A stretch of 30,114 nt of DNA, the filler included, from an uncultured virus (IMG/VR IMGVR_UViG_2049941000_000908) (lineage: Duplodnaviria; Heunggongvirae; Uroviricota; Caudoviricetes). It is 2 parts of one record of this genome, joined end to end, with 100 filler letters (N's around TTAATTAATTAA, not from the genome) between each part and the next. Parts side by side here need not be neighbours in the genome. Positions count along the whole stretch, not along the records: positions 15,321 to 30,114 come from IMGVR_UViG_2049941000_000908; 1 more part is not named here. The stretch is one strand, 5' to 3'. Position 1 is the first letter of the stretch. Each line of letters begins with the position of its first letter. A program made the position numbers and the translations under genes. Under the pieces are notes generated by a model. That model was not told the DNA's origin. It ran no database searches and saw only the letters and a program-made list of their open reading frames with translations. Below, in pieces: positions 28,167 to 30,114 of the stretch.

Positions 28167-28342
28167 TACAACTGGAACAACGATAAATCCACGGAGGAAG
28201 TCTTCGGTTTTCAGGAAGATGACGAGTCTTGGGAAGTGAAGAACAACACCTCGGACCGTGTCCTTTGGAAGAGCGCTGACTATGGCGATGATGCATGGCT
28301 CGGCGACTTTGAAGGGCGCTACCCGGATGGATACGAGGACCC
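28167..28342 (+). CDS. Fragment of the large tail protein (CotH-kinase-like region)
   Basis: YNWNNDKSTEEVFGF...SWEVKNNTSDRVLWKSADY...DFEGRYPD. Confidence 0.55.
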
Positions 28343-29154
28343 NNNNNNNNNNNNNNNNNNNNNNNNNNNNNNNNNNNNNNNNNNNNNNNNNNNNNNNNNN
28401 NNNNNNNNNNNNNNNNNNNNNNNNNNNNNNNNNNNNNNNNNNNNNNNNNNNNNNNNNNNNNNNNNNNNNNNNNNNNNNNNNNNNNNNNNNNNNNNNNNNN
28501 NNNNNNNNNNNNNNNNNNNNNNNNNNNNNNNNNNNNNNNNNNNNNNNNNNNNNNNNNNNNNNNNNNNNNNNNNNNNNNNNNNNNNNNNNNNNNNNNNNNN
28601 NNNNNNNNNNNNNNNNNNNNNNNNNNNNNNNNNNNNNNNNNNNNNNNNNNNNNNNNNNNNNNNNNNNNNNNNNNNNNNNNNNNNNNNNNNNNNNNNNNNN
28701 NNNNNNNNNNNNNNNNNNNNNNNNNNNNNNNNNNNNNNNNNNNNNNNNNNNNNNNNNNNNNNNNNNNNNNNNNNNNNNNNNNNNNNNNNNNNNNNNNNNN
28801 NNNNNNNNNNNNNNNNNNNNNNNNNNNNNNNNNNNNNNNNNNNNNNNNNNNNNNNNNNNNNNNNNNNNNNNNNNNNNNNNNNNNNNNNNNNNNNNNNNNN
28901 NNNNNNNNNNNNNNNNNNNNNNNNNNNNNNNNNNNNNNNNNNNNNNNNNNNNNNNNNNNNNNNNNNNNNNNNNNNNNNNNNNNNNNNNNNNNNNNNNNNN
29001 NNNNNNNNNNNNNNNNNNNNNNNNNNNNNNNNNNNNNNNNNNNNNNNNNNNNNNNNNNNNNNNNNNNNNNNNNNNNNNNNNNNNNNNNNNNNNNNNNNNN
29101 NNNNNNNNNNNNNNNNNNNNNNNNNNNNNNNNNNNNNNNNNNNNNNNNNNNNNC

Positions 29155-30074
29155 TTTCGCAAGTGGGACCGCAATCTGCCCTGTACGCTCTCGTCCAATA
29201 CGGTCTTCACGGCGCTGTTCAAGACCGACCAGACGTTCATTGTCACCTTCATCGATTATGACAACACCGTGCTGGATACCCAGTATGTCAGCCAGTACAA
29301 CGATGCGGTCGATCCCGTGGCAGCAAATCGCATCTTGACACCAGTGCGGCTCTCCACCGCGCAATATGACTACGTTTACAACGGCTGGCAGCAGTCCCTG
29401 AAAGAGATCACGGCGGACAGGACGATTGCGGTACGCTATACCTCCGTCCTTCGCTACTATCCAGTCCGGTATTTCGATTCGGACGGCGAGACGCTGATGG
29501 TTTCTCAGGACTTTGGCTACGGCTCAAATGCCGCATATCCGGGAGACATCATAAAGCCCGGTGTTGACAAGCCGGAGGACTATTATCTGTACCTCTGGGA
29601 GCCTACCAGCATTCAGATCACTGGTCCTGTCGATTACACCGCCGTCTGGCATCGTGCGATTTTGGATACATGGGAGCAGATCCTTGCCGCTGGCGAAGAT
29701 GGCACCTATGCCCAGAAATACAATGTGGGTGATGTCGTGATGCTGGATCTGGACACGGAGGGCATCGTTCCCTTCGAGCTGGTTGCCAAAGATGCCGATG
29801 AACTGGCGGACGGCAGCGGAAACGCGCACATGACATGGCTGGCTCTTGCTCCACTGGCAACAAAGAGAGCAATGGGCACCAGAGGCACCAATGCTGTCAA
29901 TGTAACCGGCCACTTCAATCTCGTGGAACAGGAGTCCGGTGAAGGCGAGGAAGACCCGGTCGGCCTCATGTACCGCACCGATACGATCACGCACAACCAG
30001 GCATGCGCCAGCCTGTTCACAATCACAGCAAATGAGGCGCTTTCCATGCGGCTCACAGGGCGATGTGACGGTAG
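29155..30074 (+). CDS. Fragment of a large tail/receptor-binding protein with InlB-B/Listeria-Bacteroides-type repeats and start of a DUF6273-like domain
   Basis: Open frame not in the ORF track: VTFIDYDNTVLDTQYV...STAQYDYVYNGW...ITADRTIAVRY, then DTWEQILAAGEDGTYAQKYNVGD...DADELADGSGNAHMTW. Confidence 0.65.
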
Positions 30075-30114
30075 NNNNNNNNNNCGCGGTCGATCCGGTG
30101 GCGGCAAATCGCAT

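Noticed and set aside
507..29364. Long antisense or N-spanning ORFs in the track (e.g. 507-2189, 9207-10886, 17379-18542, 22512-24176, 27796-29364 on the minus strand)
   Set aside because: Shadow frames of GC-rich genes or products of N runs, with no RBS or recognisable motifs. The exception is the real gene fragment at 27829-28122.

Overview
Heavily gapped, multi-strain scaffold (probably metagenomic) of a temperate HK97-type siphophage or prophage of a Bacillota host, likely Clostridia. Bases 1-15220 run in normal + strand order: P4-type primase/helicase, SNF2 helicase, RinA/ArpU-like late regulator, HNH, cos-like dyad, TerS, a compact SAM synthetase, a ParB-fused DNA adenine/N4C methyltransferase, three two-gene accessory cassettes, TerL, portal, ClpP protease, major capsid and head-tail genes. 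An artificial linker (N44-TTAATTAATTAA-N44, 15221-15320) joins a second, scrambled scaffold. It holds fragments of a large serine recombinase, tail tube, tail chaperones with a -1 frameshift, tape measure, Dit, Tal, a very large BppU/CotH-like/InlB-repeat/DUF6273-like tail protein, small modular fibre genes, a holin and a probably foreign C10 peptidase. The most interesting feature is the ~5.3 kb insert between terS and terL. After metK and the MTase, three cassettes share one architecture: a TRCACAA-N16-TTGT dyad, a conserved AACTTGCTAT...TTTAGAGTGAT promoter-like box, an AACGGAGG RBS, two small genes of unknown function, and a hairpin ending in TCGT. Family names are from motif recall, not database searches. 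Gene order and duplications around the N gaps are unreliable, and an Illumina adapter is present at 18744-18780.
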